This document shows positions 50,529-59,260 of a DNA stretch of 64,000 nt, piece after piece. A program made the position numbers and the translations under genes. The stretch's first letter is position 1; every line of letters starts with the position of its first letter. The notes under the pieces were generated by a model. The model made no database searches and had not been told where the DNA came from. It saw nothing but the letters and a program-made list of their open reading frames with translations. Source of the DNA: Pelagibius sp. (GTDB lineage Bacteria > Pseudomonadota > Alphaproteobacteria > Kiloniellales > Kiloniellaceae); NCBI RefSeq assembly GCF_965227505.1, contig NZ_OZ245757.1:3822376-3886375 (forward strand), given 5' to 3'.

Positions 50529-51743
50529 TCAGCTGCTTTCGCTGAGGCAGTTGCGCAGAGCCTCGGCGTTGCCGCGCATTAGCTTGAAGTACATCTCCGG
50601 GCCGTATCCCAGATCGGCGCCCAGGGGGTCCAGGGTTCCGGTTTTTGCCTGCGTGCCCTCGGCCACCACGCCGACCAGCCGCGGTTCGAACTGCGGCTCG
50701 GCAAAGATGCAGACCGCGCCCAGTTCGGTGATCTTCTCGCGCATCTCTGCCAGGCGCTGGGCGCCGGGCTGGCGTTCCGGGCTGACGGTGATGGAGCCCA
50801 CCGCATTCAGCCCGAACTGCCGTTCCATGTACTGATAGGCATCATGAAAGACGATGAAGGGCTTGTCTTTGACGCTTGCCAGCTCGGACGTCATGTCCCT
50901 GCCGAGCTGATCCAACCTGCGCAGCAGGATCTCGCGATTGGCGCGGTAGACGCCGCTGTTGTCCGGGTCGGCCTCGATCAGGGCCTCGGCAATGGCGGCC
51001 GCCATGGCCCGGGCATTGTCGGGATCGAGCCAGATGTGCATGTCAGTTTCGCCGTGGGCGTGGCCTTCATGACCCTTTGCTTCATGGGCGTGGTCATGGG
51101 CGTGGTCGTGGCCATGCTCCTCGTGCCCGTGTTCACCATGGGCGTGTTCTGCGTGCGCGTGTTCCGCTTCAGCATGCTCTTCGTGGCCATGCTCTTCGTG
51201 GCCGTGTTCACCATGGGCATGGTCTTCATGCGCGTGTTTCGCTTCAGCATGCTCCTCGTGGTCGTGTCCCTCATGGCCGTGCCCACCGTGCGCATGGTCC
51301 TCGTGCGCATGGTCCTCATGACCATGGGCATCGTGGTCTCCATGGTGGTCATGCTCCGCCCAGGGGCCGCCTTCGCGGAACGGCAGCAGCGCGACGTTGG
51401 GCGCCTCGGCGAGAGACAGCACCTTGGTATCTCCGGCCAGGGCTTCTATGGGCCCCTCCAGGAAGACCTCCAACTCGTCGCCCACCCAGAACACGACCGC
51501 CGCTTTCTCCAGTGCCGCGGCATCGGAGGGCCGCAGGCTGTAGCTGTGGGGCGAGCCACCGCCTTTGACGATCAGGTGTGGCTCCCCGACGCCCTGCATG
51601 ATGCCGGCGACCAGGGAGTGAACCGGGGCGATGCTGGTGACCACCACGGGCGCCTCGGCTGCGGCCGCCGGAAGGGCGGCGGAAAACAGGGCGGCGAAGG
51701 CAACGGAAGAGGCCGGAATGCGCATGGCTAAAAGAGTCCTCAT
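50529..51743 (-). CDS. znuA: Zinc ABC transporter substrate-binding protein with about 100-aa His-rich loop
   Basis: SPHSYSLRPS, DMHIWLDP, VFHDAY, FAEPQF, LDPLG. Confidence 0.93.
   Translation of the reverse strand: MRTLLAMRIPASSVAFAALFSAALPAAAAEAPVVVTSIAPVHSLVAGIMQGVGEPHLIVKGGGSPHSYSLRPSDAAALEKAAVVFWVGDELEVFLEGPIEALAGDTKVLSLAEAPNVALLPFREGGPWAEHDHHGDHDAHGHEDHAHEDHAHGGHGHEGHDHEEHAEAKHAHEDHAHGEHGHEEHGHEEHAEAEHAHAEHAHGEHGHEEHGHDHAHDHAHEAKGHEGHAHGETDMHIWLDPDNARAMAAAIAEALIEADPDNSGVYRANREILLRRLDQLGRDMTSELASVKDKPFIVFHDAYQYMERQFGLNAVGSITVSPERQPGAQRLAEMREKITELGAVCIFAEPQFEPRLVGVVAEGTQAKTGTLDPLGADLGYGPEMYFKLMRGNAEALRNCLSESS
51051..51356 (-). repeat. His/Glu/Asp low-complexity coding repeat with a 75-bp internal tandem duplication
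   Basis: 39 His in 102 residues; HEEHAEAKHAHEDHAHGEHGHEEHG followed by HEEHAEAEHAHAEHAHGEHGHEEHG. Confidence 0.9.
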
Positions 51744-51790
51744 TTAGGGGGCGTCGGCTGGCGAGTGGCTTGCGGCAGGGGCGCCAGGAT

Positions 51791-51805
51791 TGTAATAATA
51801 TAACG
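51791..51805. promoter_or_regulatory. Zur box
   Basis: TGTAAT-AAT-ATAACG resembles the TGTTAT-N3-ATAACA Zur palindrome; lies in the AT-rich gap between divergent znuA and znuC. Confidence 0.75.
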
Positions 51806-51844
51806 CTTGGAATTTAGCCTGCAACGGGAAACTCTGGAGAGTTC

Positions 51845-52780
51845 ATGGCAGACGTGACGCCGGCGCCGATGCCGGCGGAGAGCGCCGGTAGCGATACACC
51901 AAAGCCTGCGGCTCAGGCAGCGGAGGCGCCCTTGATCGAAGCACCCTTGATCGAAGCTCAGGGGCTGGGCGTGCGCGGCCGCGACCGCTGGCTGGTGCGC
52001 GGCGTCGATCTGGCCATCCGCCCGGGTGAGATCGTCACCCTGATCGGGCCCAACGGCAGCGGCAAGAGCACCACGGTGAAGGCACTGCTGGGCATTCTTG
52101 AAACGGCAGAGGGAAACCTCACCCGCCGCGACGGCCTGCGGATCGGCTATGTGCCCCAGAAGCTCTCCATCGACTACAGCATGCCGCTGACGGTGCGCCG
52201 CCTGATGACCCTGACCGGACGGCACGGGCGCGCGGAGATCGACAGGGCGCTCGGCGAGGTGGGCATCGCCCATCTCGCCGAACAGCCGGTGCAGCAGCTT
52301 TCCGGGGGCGAGTTTCAACGCGCGCTGCTGGCCCGCGCTTTGATCCGCCGGCCCCAGCTTCTGGTGCTGGACGAACCGGTGCAGGGCGTCGACTTCGGCG
52401 GCGAGATCGCGCTTTACGAGCTGATCAGCGAGATCCGCGACCGACTGGGCTGTGCCATCCTGATGATCTCCCACGATCTGCACATCGTCATGGGGCAGAC
52501 CGACACGGTGATCTGCCTGAACGGCCATGTCTGCTGTTCCGGCACGCCCCAGGCGGTGACCGCCAGTCCGGAGTACCGCGCCCTCTTCGGCTCCCGCGCA
52601 GCAGCGGCCCTGGCCGTTTACCGCCACGACCACGATCACGTGCATCTGCCCGACGGACGGGTGGTCGGTCGCGACGACGGCCACGGCCATCATCACCATC
52701 ACAGCCACCCACATGATCATGAGGCGCCGTCTTCTGAAGAAGGGGCGGCGGCAAAGCGGGACACCCGGGATGCTGGATGA
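51845..52780 (+). CDS. znuC: Zinc ABC transporter ATP-binding protein
   Basis: GPNGSGKST, YVPQK, LSGGEFQR, LDEP, SHDL, CLNGHVCCSG; His-rich tail. Confidence 0.93.
   Translation: MADVTPAPMPAESAGSDTPKPAAQAAEAPLIEAPLIEAQGLGVRGRDRWLVRGVDLAIRPGEIVTLIGPNGSGKSTTVKALLGILETAEGNLTRRDGLRIGYVPQKLSIDYSMPLTVRRLMTLTGRHGRAEIDRALGEVGIAHLAEQPVQQLSGGEFQRALLARALIRRPQLLVLDEPVQGVDFGGEIALYELISEIRDRLGCAILMISHDLHIVMGQTDTVICLNGHVCCSGTPQAVTASPEYRALFGSRAAAALAVYRHDHDHVHLPDGRVVGRDDGHGHHHHHSHPHDHEAPSSEEGAAAKRDTRDAG
51926..51955. repeat. In-frame 15-bp tandem duplication near the znuC 5' end
   Basis: GCGCCCTTGATCGAA GCACCCTTGATCGAA (APLIE APLIE). Confidence 0.85.
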
Positions 52781-53597
52781 CTTTTTCACGAGGGCGCTGA
52801 TCGGCGGCATCGGCGTGGCCCTGGTGGCGGGGCCGCTGGGCTGCTTCATCGTCTGGCGGCGCATGGCCTATTTCGGCGACACCATGGCGCACTCCGCGTT
52901 GCTCGGCGTCGCCTTGGCCCTGCTGCTGGAGGTCAACGTCACCCTGGGCGTCTTCGCCATTGCCGCCGGCGGGGCCATGGCGCTGGTGCTGCTGCAGCGC
53001 CAGGCGGTGCTGCCGACCGACGCGCTTCTGGGAATCCTGGCCCACTCCACCCTGGCGCTGGGGTTGGTGCTGGTCTCCTTCATGGCCTGGTTGCGCATCG
53101 ATCTGCTGGCCTATCTCTTCGGCGATCTGCTGGCGGTGACGCAGACCGACATCGCCCTGATCTACGGCGGCGGTCTGGCCGTGCTGGCGCTCCTGGCTGC
53201 GATCTGGCGGCCGCTGCTGGCCGGCACCGTGAGCGAGGAACTGGCCGCGGCCGAGTCCCTCAATCCGGAGCGCGCGCGCCTCATCTTCATGCTGCTCATG
53301 GCCGCAGTGATCGCCATCGCCATGAAGATCGTCGGCATCCTGCTGATCACCTCTTTGCTGATCATCCCGGCTGCGACCGCGCGGCGCTTCGCGCCGGGGC
53401 CGGAGGCCATGGCTTTCATCGCTTCGGCCCTCGGCATGCTCGCCGTGGTGCTGGGGCTTTTCGGCTCGCTGCAGTTCGACACGCCCTCCGGCCCCTCGGT
53501 GGTGGTCGCGGCGCTGCTGCTCTTCCTGCTGTCTTTGTTGTCTCAAGCGCTGCGGCGCGGCTCGCGCCCTGCGGGGTCTCTGGAGAAGACGTCATGA
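52770..53597 (+). CDS. znuB: Zinc ABC transporter permease
   Basis: MLDDFF, GCFIVWRRMAYFGDTMAHSALLG, YLFGD, KIVGILLI, DTPSGP. Confidence 0.93.
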   Translation: MLDDFFTRALIGGIGVALVAGPLGCFIVWRRMAYFGDTMAHSALLGVALALLLEVNVTLGVFAIAAGGAMALVLLQRQAVLPTDALLGILAHSTLALGLVLVSFMAWLRIDLLAYLFGDLLAVTQTDIALIYGGGLAVLALLAAIWRPLLAGTVSEELAAAESLNPERARLIFMLLMAAVIAIAMKIVGILLITSLLIIPAATARRFAPGPEAMAFIASALGMLAVVLGLFGSLQFDTPSGPSVVVAALLLFLLSLLSQALRRGSRPAGSLEKTS

Positions 53598-53983
53598 CCA
53601 CGGCCAAGCTGACCCGCAACCAGCAGCTCGTGCTCGACCGGCTCGCGGCCAGCCCGGCTGCGCTCTCGGCCTACGAGTTGCTCGATCAACTGCGGGATGC
53701 GGGGCTGCGTGCGCCGGTGCAGGTCTACCGCGCGCTGGAGACCCTCGGGCAAAAAGGACTGGTGCACCGCATCGAGAGCCTCAACGCCTACGTCGCCTGC
53801 TGTGCCCACGACCACCAGGCCGCGGCCGGCTTTGCCATCTGCGACGACTGCGGCGAGGTGACGGAGTTCGCCTTTCCGGCCAGCGAAAAGGGGCTGAAGT
53901 CCGTTGCCGGCGAGACCGGTTTCGAGACCCGCCACATGACCGTGGAACTGCACGGCCGCTGCGCCGCCTGCGCCTCGCACTAA
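53594..53983 (+). CDS. zur: Zinc uptake regulator (Fur family)
   Basis: LSAYELL, QVYRAL, VHRIESLNAYVAC, CDDC, HGRCAAC. Confidence 0.92.
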   Translation: MTTAKLTRNQQLVLDRLAASPAALSAYELLDQLRDAGLRAPVQVYRALETLGQKGLVHRIESLNAYVACCAHDHQAAAGFAICDDCGEVTEFAFPASEKGLKSVAGETGFETRHMTVELHGRCAACASH

Positions 53984-53994
53984 GGGGCGAGCGT

Positions 53995-54318
53995 TTGAAA
54001 CACAGTCCGCATCTGGAGACCTATTGGATCTCCTTTCCACGCGACCCGCATTTGCCGATGGGCATCGGTGTCACCGCGTTTTCGGAGGCGGACGCATTCG
54101 CCCTGATTGAGAGCAAGGGCTTCGACGAATGGTTTGAGGGCGCCGCCGAGATCCGAGTCGAGCGTGGAGTGAGAATTCGCGACCTGGATCAGTCAAACAT
54201 CGCCTCGAACATAGGTCCAATGCAGCTCCGCGGCGTCTGGTATCCAGCGGCGAACGTCGGAATCGGTGCTCCACGGGACAAGATGTATAAGCGGCTGCAC
54301 AAGGAAGGGGACGACTAG
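53995..54318 (+). CDS. Small hypothetical protein
   Basis: TTG start 11 bp after zur; GIGVTAFSEADA..DLDQSNIASNIG..RGVWYP; appears less GC3-biased than neighbours. Confidence 0.6.
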   Translation: MKHSPHLETYWISFPRDPHLPMGIGVTAFSEADAFALIESKGFDEWFEGAAEIRVERGVRIRDLDQSNIASNIGPMQLRGVWYPAANVGIGAPRDKMYKRLHKEGDD

Positions 54319-54415
54319 CCGCAATACCGCCCCGTCTCCGCCACATTGCCGGCCTATCCTGCGTGTCGATCGAGGCTTGCGCCGCCGCCGCATCGGCAAT
54401 CTGGGGAGCAAGGCG

Positions 54416-54940
54416 ATGAAACGCCGGCATTTCCTGCAGGGATCGCTTGCCAGCCTGGCCCTGGCCGGGCTGCCGCTCTACTGGTTCAACCGCTGGGACT
54501 ATCTGACCATTCATCACAGCGCTGGGGCCTCCGGCGACCTGGCGCTGCTGCGCCGTGTCCATCGCCAGCGCCAGGCCGGCGATCCCGTGAACGAGGTGCC
54601 CTATCACTTTCTGGTCGGCAACGGGGAGGGCATCGAGACGGGGGCGGTGGTGCCGAGCGAGCGCTGGTCGCTGCGGCTCTGGGGCGCCCATGTGTCGGCG
54701 CGCAACCCCGACCGCAACTTCCGCAGCATCGGCATCTGCCTGATCGGCAACTTCCAGAACGCCGCGCCCTCCGCCGATCAGTATGACGCGACCATCGCGC
54801 TCTGCCGCGACCTGATGCGCCGCTTCGATATTGCGGCGGAGCGTGTAACCCTGCACGGGGAAACCCCGGGCGAGGCGACCCTCTGCCCGGGGAAGCTGTT
54901 TCCCAGGTCGGAGTTCTTCAAGGACATCGGAAGGACCTGA
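54416..54940 (+). CDS. N-acetylmuramoyl-L-alanine amidase (Amidase_2/PGRP-T7 lysozyme type) with Tat-like leader
   Basis: KRRHFL; TIHHSAG, PYHFLV, WGAHV, SIGICLIGNF, LHGE..TLCPG (His/His/Cys Zn set). Confidence 0.85.
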   Translation: MKRRHFLQGSLASLALAGLPLYWFNRWDYLTIHHSAGASGDLALLRRVHRQRQAGDPVNEVPYHFLVGNGEGIETGAVVPSERWSLRLWGAHVSARNPDRNFRSIGICLIGNFQNAAPSADQYDATIALCRDLMRRFDIAAERVTLHGETPGEATLCPGKLFPRSEFFKDIGRT

Positions 54941-54962
54941 CGCCGTCCTGCCTGCCTTTGGT

Positions 54963-55847
54963 CTAAGGCCGCCCTGCGGTCGAGGGCGCCAGGCGGCGGA
55001 GGCGCAGTCCGGCGAACTGGCTGAGCCAGACGCTGCCCAGAACCGTGACCACCCCGATCATCTGCAGGTCCGTCAGCGACTGGTCGAGCACCAGCCAGCC
55101 CAGGACCACCGCGGTCAGCGGGCTGAGGAAGCCGAGGGTCGAGACGACCGAGGGTTCGATGCGGCTGATGCCGCGAAACCACAGGATATAGGTGAAGGCC
55201 GCGCCGATGAGGCCGAGATAGACCAGCCCCAGGACGTTCTCGGTGGTGAGGGCCGGCAGCGGCGGCTCGAGCCACAGCGCCAGCGGCAGCAGCAGGAGCC
55301 CCCCGGCGGTGAGCTGCCAGGCGGTGAAGGTCAGCAGCGAGACAGGCGGCTGCCACTTGCGGCTCAGCACCGTGCCGGCGGCCATGGAGGCAGCACCGCC
55401 GAGCCCGGCGGCAATGCCGACCGGGTCCAGGGCGGCCTCGGGCGTCAGGATCAGCAGCGCCACGCCGGCCATGCCCGCCAGGGCGGCAACGATGGAAAGC
55501 GCAAGGACGGGCGATCCCAAGGCAATGCGGGCCAGAAAGATCACGATCAGGGGCTGGACCGCGCCGACCGTCGCCGCGACGCCCCCGGGCAACCGGTAAG
55601 CGGCGACGAAAAGCAGCGCCCAGAAGATCGCAAAGTTGAAGGCCCCCAGCAGAAAGACCCGGCCCCACCAGCCGTATTCCGGCAGCCGGCGTGCAATCAG
55701 CAGCAGCAGCAGGCCCGCCGGGAGCGCGCGCAGCAGCGCGACCGTGACGGGGTAGCCGTCCGGCAGGAATTCCGTGGTGACGATATAGGTGCTGCCCCAG
55801 ATCGCCGGGGCCAGGGCCGTGAGGAGCAGGTCTGAAACGCGGGGCAT
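54963..55847 (-). CDS. pecM: EamA/DMT transporter, PecM-like
   Basis: LTALAPAIWGSTYIVTTEFLP, LRALPAG, YRLPGGVAATVGAVQP, TAWQLTAGG; divergent from a PecS-like MarR. Confidence 0.82.
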   Translation of the reverse strand: MPRVSDLLLTALAPAIWGSTYIVTTEFLPDGYPVTVALLRALPAGLLLLLIARRLPEYGWWGRVFLLGAFNFAIFWALLFVAAYRLPGGVAATVGAVQPLIVIFLARIALGSPVLALSIVAALAGMAGVALLILTPEAALDPVGIAAGLGGAASMAAGTVLSRKWQPPVSLLTFTAWQLTAGGLLLLPLALWLEPPLPALTTENVLGLVYLGLIGAAFTYILWFRGISRIEPSVVSTLGFLSPLTAVVLGWLVLDQSLTDLQMIGVVTVLGSVWLSQFAGLRLRRLAPSTAGRP

Positions 55848-55864
55848 GGATGCCTCCCGGGAGA

Positions 55865-55912
55865 TTATCTTGATATCGAGATAAGTATCGTTTCTCTTGA
55901 CGTCAAGATAAA
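55865..55912. promoter_or_regulatory. Two palindromic MarR/PecS operators
   Basis: TTATCTTGAT|ATCGAGATAA (55865-55884) and TTTCTCTTGAC|GTCAAGATAAA (55891-55912), each with one mismatch. Confidence 0.85.
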
Positions 55913-55932
55913 TCTGCGCGACGACTGATGGC

Positions 55933-56448
55933 ATGGACCACGTCGACAGAATCCTCGCCCAGTGGCGGCGCGAACGCCCCGACCTCGATGTCGACCCCAT
56001 GGGGCTGATCGGGCGAACGAAACGACTGGCCCTGTTCCTCACCCGCGGGATGGAGAAGACCTGGGCGGACTACGGCCTGAACGACGCCAGTTTCGATGTC
56101 CTGGCGACCCTGCGCCGTTCCGGGCCGCCCTTCCGCCTGTCGCCGGGCGCGCTGATGGCCTCGACGATGGTGACCTCCGGCACCATGACGAACCGCATCG
56201 ATCAGTTGGAGAAGGCAGGGCTGGTGGAGCGGGCCCGCAACCCCGAGGATGGGCGCAGTTTCCTCATTGCGCTGACTGACAAGGGGTTCGATGTCATCGA
56301 TGCCGCCGTGGCCGCGCATGTGCGCACCCAGGCGGAACTGGTGGCGGGCCTCTCACAGGACGAGCGCCGCCGGCTCGATGCCCTGCTGAAGACCTTCCTG
56401 GCGGATTTCGAAGGTGCCGAGAAGGACGCTGAGGGCGGCGACGCCTAG
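55933..56448 (+). CDS. pecS: MarR-family regulator, PecS/UrtR-like
   Basis: MDHVDRILAQWRRERPDLD, FDVLATLRR, TSGTMTNRIDQLE, NPEDGRS. Confidence 0.82.
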   Translation: MDHVDRILAQWRRERPDLDVDPMGLIGRTKRLALFLTRGMEKTWADYGLNDASFDVLATLRRSGPPFRLSPGALMASTMVTSGTMTNRIDQLEKAGLVERARNPEDGRSFLIALTDKGFDVIDAAVAAHVRTQAELVAGLSQDERRRLDALLKTFLADFEGAEKDAEGGDA

Positions 56449-56451
56449 CGC

Positions 56452-57828
56452 TTACTGCACCGCCACCTCGCCCTCTTCGCCGAGATAGCCGGCCCAGGCA
56501 AACCAGTAGGCGACGTGGCCGGGCAGGCGGGCGAGACGCTCTCCGCCGGGGCCGACCAGGGCTTCTTCGGTGACCTGCCAGGACCCGGCCTCCGACTGCA
56601 GCTCCGCCAGGCTGTCGCCGCGGGAGAAGGTCTGCCCGTCCCGTCGGTAGGCGCGCACGGTGCGCGTCGCCTCGTCGCCGATCAGCACGATGTCGAGGAT
56701 GCCGGCGGCGTCGTTGATCACCTGGCCGCCGGCAAAGCGGGTCAGGGGCCAGGCCTTCTCGGTGCCGCTGGAGCGCAGGGCGAAGACGTAATCCTTGGCC
56801 TGCAGGTCGTCCTGCCGGACCAGGGCCGGGAACATCAGGTCCGGGCTGGAGAAGTAGGCGCCGTAGGGCGCGCCGGGGCTGTAGTCCCGCGTATGGCCGG
56901 TCTCCAGCGACAGTACCCTGGTTTCCGGATTGGCCGCCCGCCAGGCCTGCCAAGAGGTGATGGCCACCGGGCGGGTCTTCAGCTCGATGCCGGAGCCGGT
57001 GAGCGCGCCCACCACCGGCCGCCCGGTGAACTGGTTCCAGAGGGAATGGGTCTCCTGGTCGTACATCAGCTTGTTGGAGCGGTAGAGAAAGCCGGAGGAG
57101 CCGAAGACGAAGGGCGCGTCGCGCCCCTCCACCGTGGTCTCGAAGAGGATGCCGGAGCCGCAGAGCGTGCAGTAGGCGAGGCTGACCGGCACGCCGCCGA
57201 CCACATCGTTGAACATCTCGTGCCAGTCCATGATGCGGAGGGGGTAGGCGCGGGCATCGCCGTTGATCTTGACCCCGAAGACCAGTTCCTCGGCTCCCAG
57301 GTAGTCCGCTTCGTCGGCCGTGATCAGCGCCGGATTGGTGAGCGCCGGAATGCCGTCCTTCACAACACCGCCCCAGACAATCTCCTCCAGGCGGATCTCG
57401 TGCGCCACATCGGGCTGCAGGAAGAAGGCGAAGTTGGGGTCGATGCGCATGTAGAGCGCCGCCTTGAAGATCTCGAAGCCCTCGAAAGGCATGATCTGCG
57501 GGTTGGCCTCCTGCCAGAGCATCCACTCGTGCCAGGAGTCCGCGCCCTCGTGGCCGGTGAGTTCGATCAGCGCCTCTTCGATCCCCGGGACGGTGGTGAG
57601 AAACCGCCGCGCCTGGATCAGGGCCGGAATCATGTCCTTGCGCCCGCTGGCGCGGATCGCCTCCACCGCGGCGCGGCGCGCCTCGGGATTGCCGGCAAAA
57701 AGGCCCAGACTGTGGCCCAGCATCTCTTCATCGGGCTCCGCCGCGGCCTGCGGGGCGGCGGCTGCGGTCAGGGCGAGTGCGGCCCCGAGGGCGAGTGCGG
57801 GGAGCAGAGAGCGGCGGTGCGGCGGCAT
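56452..57828 (-). CDS. Exported DUF3179-type protein
   Basis: Signal peptide; WGGVVKDGIPAL, RAYPLRIMDWHEMFND, YCTLCGSG, SGFLYRSNKLMYD, WNQFTG, YWFAW. Confidence 0.85.
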   Translation of the reverse strand: MPPHRRSLLPALALGAALALTAAAAPQAAAEPDEEMLGHSLGLFAGNPEARRAAVEAIRASGRKDMIPALIQARRFLTTVPGIEEALIELTGHEGADSWHEWMLWQEANPQIMPFEGFEIFKAALYMRIDPNFAFFLQPDVAHEIRLEEIVWGGVVKDGIPALTNPALITADEADYLGAEELVFGVKINGDARAYPLRIMDWHEMFNDVVGGVPVSLAYCTLCGSGILFETTVEGRDAPFVFGSSGFLYRSNKLMYDQETHSLWNQFTGRPVVGALTGSGIELKTRPVAITSWQAWRAANPETRVLSLETGHTRDYSPGAPYGAYFSSPDLMFPALVRQDDLQAKDYVFALRSSGTEKAWPLTRFAGGQVINDAAGILDIVLIGDEATRTVRAYRRDGQTFSRGDSLAELQSEAGSWQVTEEALVGPGGERLARLPGHVAYWFAWAGYLGEEGEVAVQ

Positions 57829-58108
57829 GGCGGGCCCTTCCTTGTGGTCAAAGTCACGCTCTCAGAGATGTGATCATTCGCCGCGGGGGTCGATTCACAG
57901 CTCAACACAGTCGCTTGAGCGCTTTCCGAAAACAGGGATTCCCTGGGGTTTTCTTGCCCCCGCCTCCCTTGCCGCAGGCGCTGCGACCCACGCAGGGCGG
58001 GAAAATTCCGAGGTAGTGTTCGATTTCTTGTGGGAAATGGCACACCGAGGTCCAGGCGGCCTCCCTATATACCCCTTAACGGACTTCGGAACTCACGGGA
58101 TCAAGACC

Positions 58109-58213
58109 ATGTCGGGAAAGATGAACGAGTCGACGACCCGCATCTCGGTGGACCATTTCCTGGCCGGCCTCGCCTTCTGGGTCGTGCTGATGGCCGGGAT
58201 TGCCATCTTCTGA
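58109..58213 (+). CDS. Putative 34-aa single-pass membrane microprotein
   Basis: MSGKMNESTTRISVDHFLAGLAFWVVLMAGIAIF; GC3-biased codons, C-terminal hydrophobic helix, 280-bp upstream gap and downstream terminator. Confidence 0.55.
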   Translation: MSGKMNESTTRISVDHFLAGLAFWVVLMAGIAIF

Positions 58214-58247
58214 GACGGCGCAGGCTCAAAAAGCCAGCATTGCACCG

Positions 58248-58285
58248 GGGCTCAACGGCCAATGGCCGCTGAGCCCTTTGTTGTT
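58248..58285 (+). terminator. Rho-independent terminator after the microprotein ORF
   Basis: GGGCTCA-ACGGCC-AAT-GGCCGC-TGAGCCC followed by TTTGTTGTT. Confidence 0.7.
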
Positions 58286-58356
58286 CCAGCAGCCGCTCCC
58301 TGTTCGACCGCAAATCCACGGTGGTAGCCTGTCAGCTCCCAATCGAGGAGTTGACG

Positions 58357-59226
58357 GTGGCGCGCATCCTTGGCCTTTTGGTTGTTGTTCTGGCCATCCA
58401 GGGCCGTGCCTTGGCGGACGAGCCGCTGCGCTTCACTTCGCTCGACGGCGTTACCGAACTGACCGCCCAGCTCTATCAGCCGGAGGCACAGCCGCCCTTT
58501 CCGGCGCTGGTGCTGCTCCATGGATGCAGCGGTCTGGGGCCCGGCGGTGGGATTCCCGCAATCTATGCGGCCTGGACCAGGGTTCTGGTGGAGCGCGGCT
58601 ATGCCGTTCTGCTTGTCGACTCCGCAGGGCCGCGGGGCTTCGGGGAAACCTGCGGGCGCGGGCCGGAGCGCTCCACCATGTACCGCGACCGTCCGAAGGA
58701 TGCCTACGCGGCGCTTGCCTTTCTGCAGGCCTCCGACTTCGTCCGGCCCGACCGAGTCGGGCTGATCGGGTGGTCCCAGGGCGGCGCCGCCGTGCTGCTT
58801 TCCATCGTCCGCGAGAGCATCGGCCGTCCGGCGCCGCCGCCGCGGCACGACTTCCGCGCGGCGGTCGCCTTCTATCCCGGCGTCTGCGACGAAGCCCGGC
58901 AGTCGGCGCCCTTCACCCGGGTGAAGCCCGGAACCTGGACCACGGAGGTTCCTCTCCTGGTGCTGCAGGGCGAGGCCGACAACTGGACGCCGGCTGCCGC
59001 CTGCAGGGCTTTCATAGCGGCGGCCGCGGAGCGTGGCGCTCCGGTGGCGATCCATCTCTATGCCGGCGCCCTGCACGGCTTCGACGCACCGAACCTGTCG
59101 CGCCGCGCGCTGCCACTGCATCGAATGGCGAGCGGGATCGTGCCCTCGGTCGGCAGCGACCCGGCGGCCAGGGCCGATGCCCTCGAAAGGGTTCCGGCCT
59201 TTCTGGACCGCTGGCTGAAAGACTGA
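58357..59226 (+). CDS. Exported dienelactone hydrolase-family alpha/beta hydrolase
   Basis: GTG after GAGGAG; LLHGCSG, IGWSQGG, FYPG, GEADNWTP, HGFD. Confidence 0.85.
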   Translation: MARILGLLVVVLAIQGRALADEPLRFTSLDGVTELTAQLYQPEAQPPFPALVLLHGCSGLGPGGGIPAIYAAWTRVLVERGYAVLLVDSAGPRGFGETCGRGPERSTMYRDRPKDAYAALAFLQASDFVRPDRVGLIGWSQGGAAVLLSIVRESIGRPAPPPRHDFRAAVAFYPGVCDEARQSAPFTRVKPGTWTTEVPLLVLQGEADNWTPAAACRAFIAAAAERGAPVAIHLYAGALHGFDAPNLSRRALPLHRMASGIVPSVGSDPAARADALERVPAFLDRWLKD

Positions 59227-59230
59227 CGCA

Positions 59231-59260
59231 GTCTAGGTCTGCTCTGTCTAGGTCTGTTCT
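59231..59260. repeat. 15-bp tandem duplication spanning the TAG stop of the minus-strand gene
   Basis: GTCTAGGTCTGCTCT GTCTAGGTCTGTTCT. Confidence 0.88.
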
